From: Macrostomum lignano
Taxonomy: Eukaryota
Direction of reading: 5' to 3'
NCBI GenBank assembly: GCA_002269645.1
Contig: NIVC01000455.1
Location: forward strand, 372,001 to 436,000
DNA: 64,000 nt
Shown here: positions 62,653 to 64,000 of the stretch, piece by piece
Position numbering within the stretch: the first letter of the stretch is position 1
Layout: every line of letters starts with the position of its first letter
Translations under genes and position numbers: made by a program
Notes under the pieces: model-generated
What the model was told of the DNA's origin: nothing
Databases searched by the model: none
Seen by the model: the letters and a program-made list of their open reading frames with translations, nothing else

Positions 62653-64000
62653 GACCGGTATTCCAGTCCACAGCCCGAATGCCTGAACCGATTTTTTTCA
62701 AACTTGCTTCATTCAATTGCAAATTCTTGTGAGATTGTGTGGGTGTAATTGCATTTAAAAAATTCGAATGGGAAGATGGTTAAATATTCGAAAAACGAGT
62801 TTTCCCTATGCTTTCAATGGGAGGCTAGAAAAGGTCAAAATCTCACTAACTGAATTTCAATTCCAATTAAGATTGCGCCACAACTTTTCTCTGTTCACTG
62901 TGTACGCCTCAATACTGGCTGCAATAAGGGAGAGGAAAATAATGCTCAGTGGCTGCGTGTGTACATTCTGACCCTGGCTGACTGGCGGACTGCATAGACA
63001 ATTGCTATTAATAGATTTCACTCAACTCTGCATTGGCTCTGCCTGCACAACTTGTGCACACTGAGCAGCCTATCACTGCTATGTATTTGACTGCTGTGCC
63101 GAAGCATATATGGCTGATTTTTGCGCCCTCCGATCAGTAGGCGGAATAGCCGCAGTGTAGGCACTAGGACTAGGTTTAGGCTAGGCATAAGGTCCAAGGT
63201 TCGAGTCCGCCTCCCCAGCGGATACTTAAAATTAAATAAATTCATTCATTAGTAGCTTCTGCCTCGACTATTTTGAACATTTTTTAATTAATTGTAATTA
63301 AATTTTTTTTATTAATTACAATAATTTATTTTTGCTACTCGCACAAGCCACTAAGCAAATTTGATTTGATTTGTAAAATCCTAAGATCCCATTAATTGTT
63401 ATTATCTAGGTCTATAGAAGTAGATATTACTAAACTGCAGGGGATTAAATTACTAAGCTGCAGACGATGCTGCTAAACTGCTGAGGTATTGCTAAATGCT
63501 GAGTGGTGCAAGAGATTGCCGATATGTATCGAAAATCGATTAGTGAGCCATAAAATGCTGAGCTAATTTCTACATTGTTGAAAGGATCATTGCAGTAGAC
63601 GATGCTGCTAAACTGCTGAGGTATTGCTAAATGCTGAGTTGCGCAAGACTGCCTATATGTATCGAAAATTGATTAGTGCGCCGTCGTAAATGCTGAGCAA
63701 ATTTTTAAATAATTGAAAAGATCATTGCAGTTTGCTGAAAATACTGAGGGGCCAGCTGAGAGAACTGCAGACTGCTGAGGGGATAAATGAGAATTATTAA
63801 GGAAACACTTGCTGACTGCAAATGAATTGACTGCAGACTACTGAGGGGAACTGCAGATTGTTGAAAGGATCATTGCAGACTGCAAAGGGGACAAACTGCA
63901 AACTGCCGAGTGGATAGCTGCAGACTGCTAGGATAATAATGGCAGACTAGGATAATAATGGCAGACTTCTGAGGCGGATATCTAACTGTGAATAATTGTA
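62465..64000 (+). mobile_element. Non-autonomous Helitron(s), runs off window end
   Basis: 5' motif with (GTCT)n; body ~62780-63400 similar to ~39080-39700. Confidence 0.75.
63140..63220 (+). other. tRNA-like Pol III promoter (A/B box) inside Helitron body
   Basis: TAGCCGCAGTG and consensus B box GGTTCGAGTCC. Confidence 0.5.

Overview
Repeat-rich eukaryotic (invertebrate animal) genomic DNA. Spliceosomal introns, GC-rich exons and TTAGGG repeats support this; a Macrostomum-like flatworm is a guess, not shown. Three zones. (1) 1-21.6 kb: about 12 kb of (TATC)n microsatellite interrupted by a 5'-truncated Penelope-like retroelement (RT thumb, Cys knuckle, GIY-YIG endonuclease) ending in a minimal type I hammerhead ribozyme. 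Also here are five copies of a 1.1-1.6 kb RT-less element ending in a sequence-divergent but covarying hammerhead, and six tandem copies of a strongly foldable 272-nt unit. All three abut TATC at their 3' ends and share a GTGCGTG(G/C)TTT motif. (2) 21.6-37 kb: host genes, namely a complete 3-exon 14-3-3 epsilon-type gene (minus), a BIR/RING IAP-like gene (plus) and a probable fibrinogen-domain pseudogene, plus a SINE and DNA-transposon remnants. (3) 37-64 kb: a head-to-tail chain of non-autonomous Helitrons with 11 hairpin-CTAG|T ends that carry and amplify 22-bp and ~30-bp minisatellites, up to a ~1-kb higher-order repeat. Most long ORFs in the supplied track are translations of repeats. The best candidate for an undescribed system is the TATC-targeted Penelope/ribozyme element family in zone 1. 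All RNA structures were folded by eye and all family assignments come from motif recall, not database searches.
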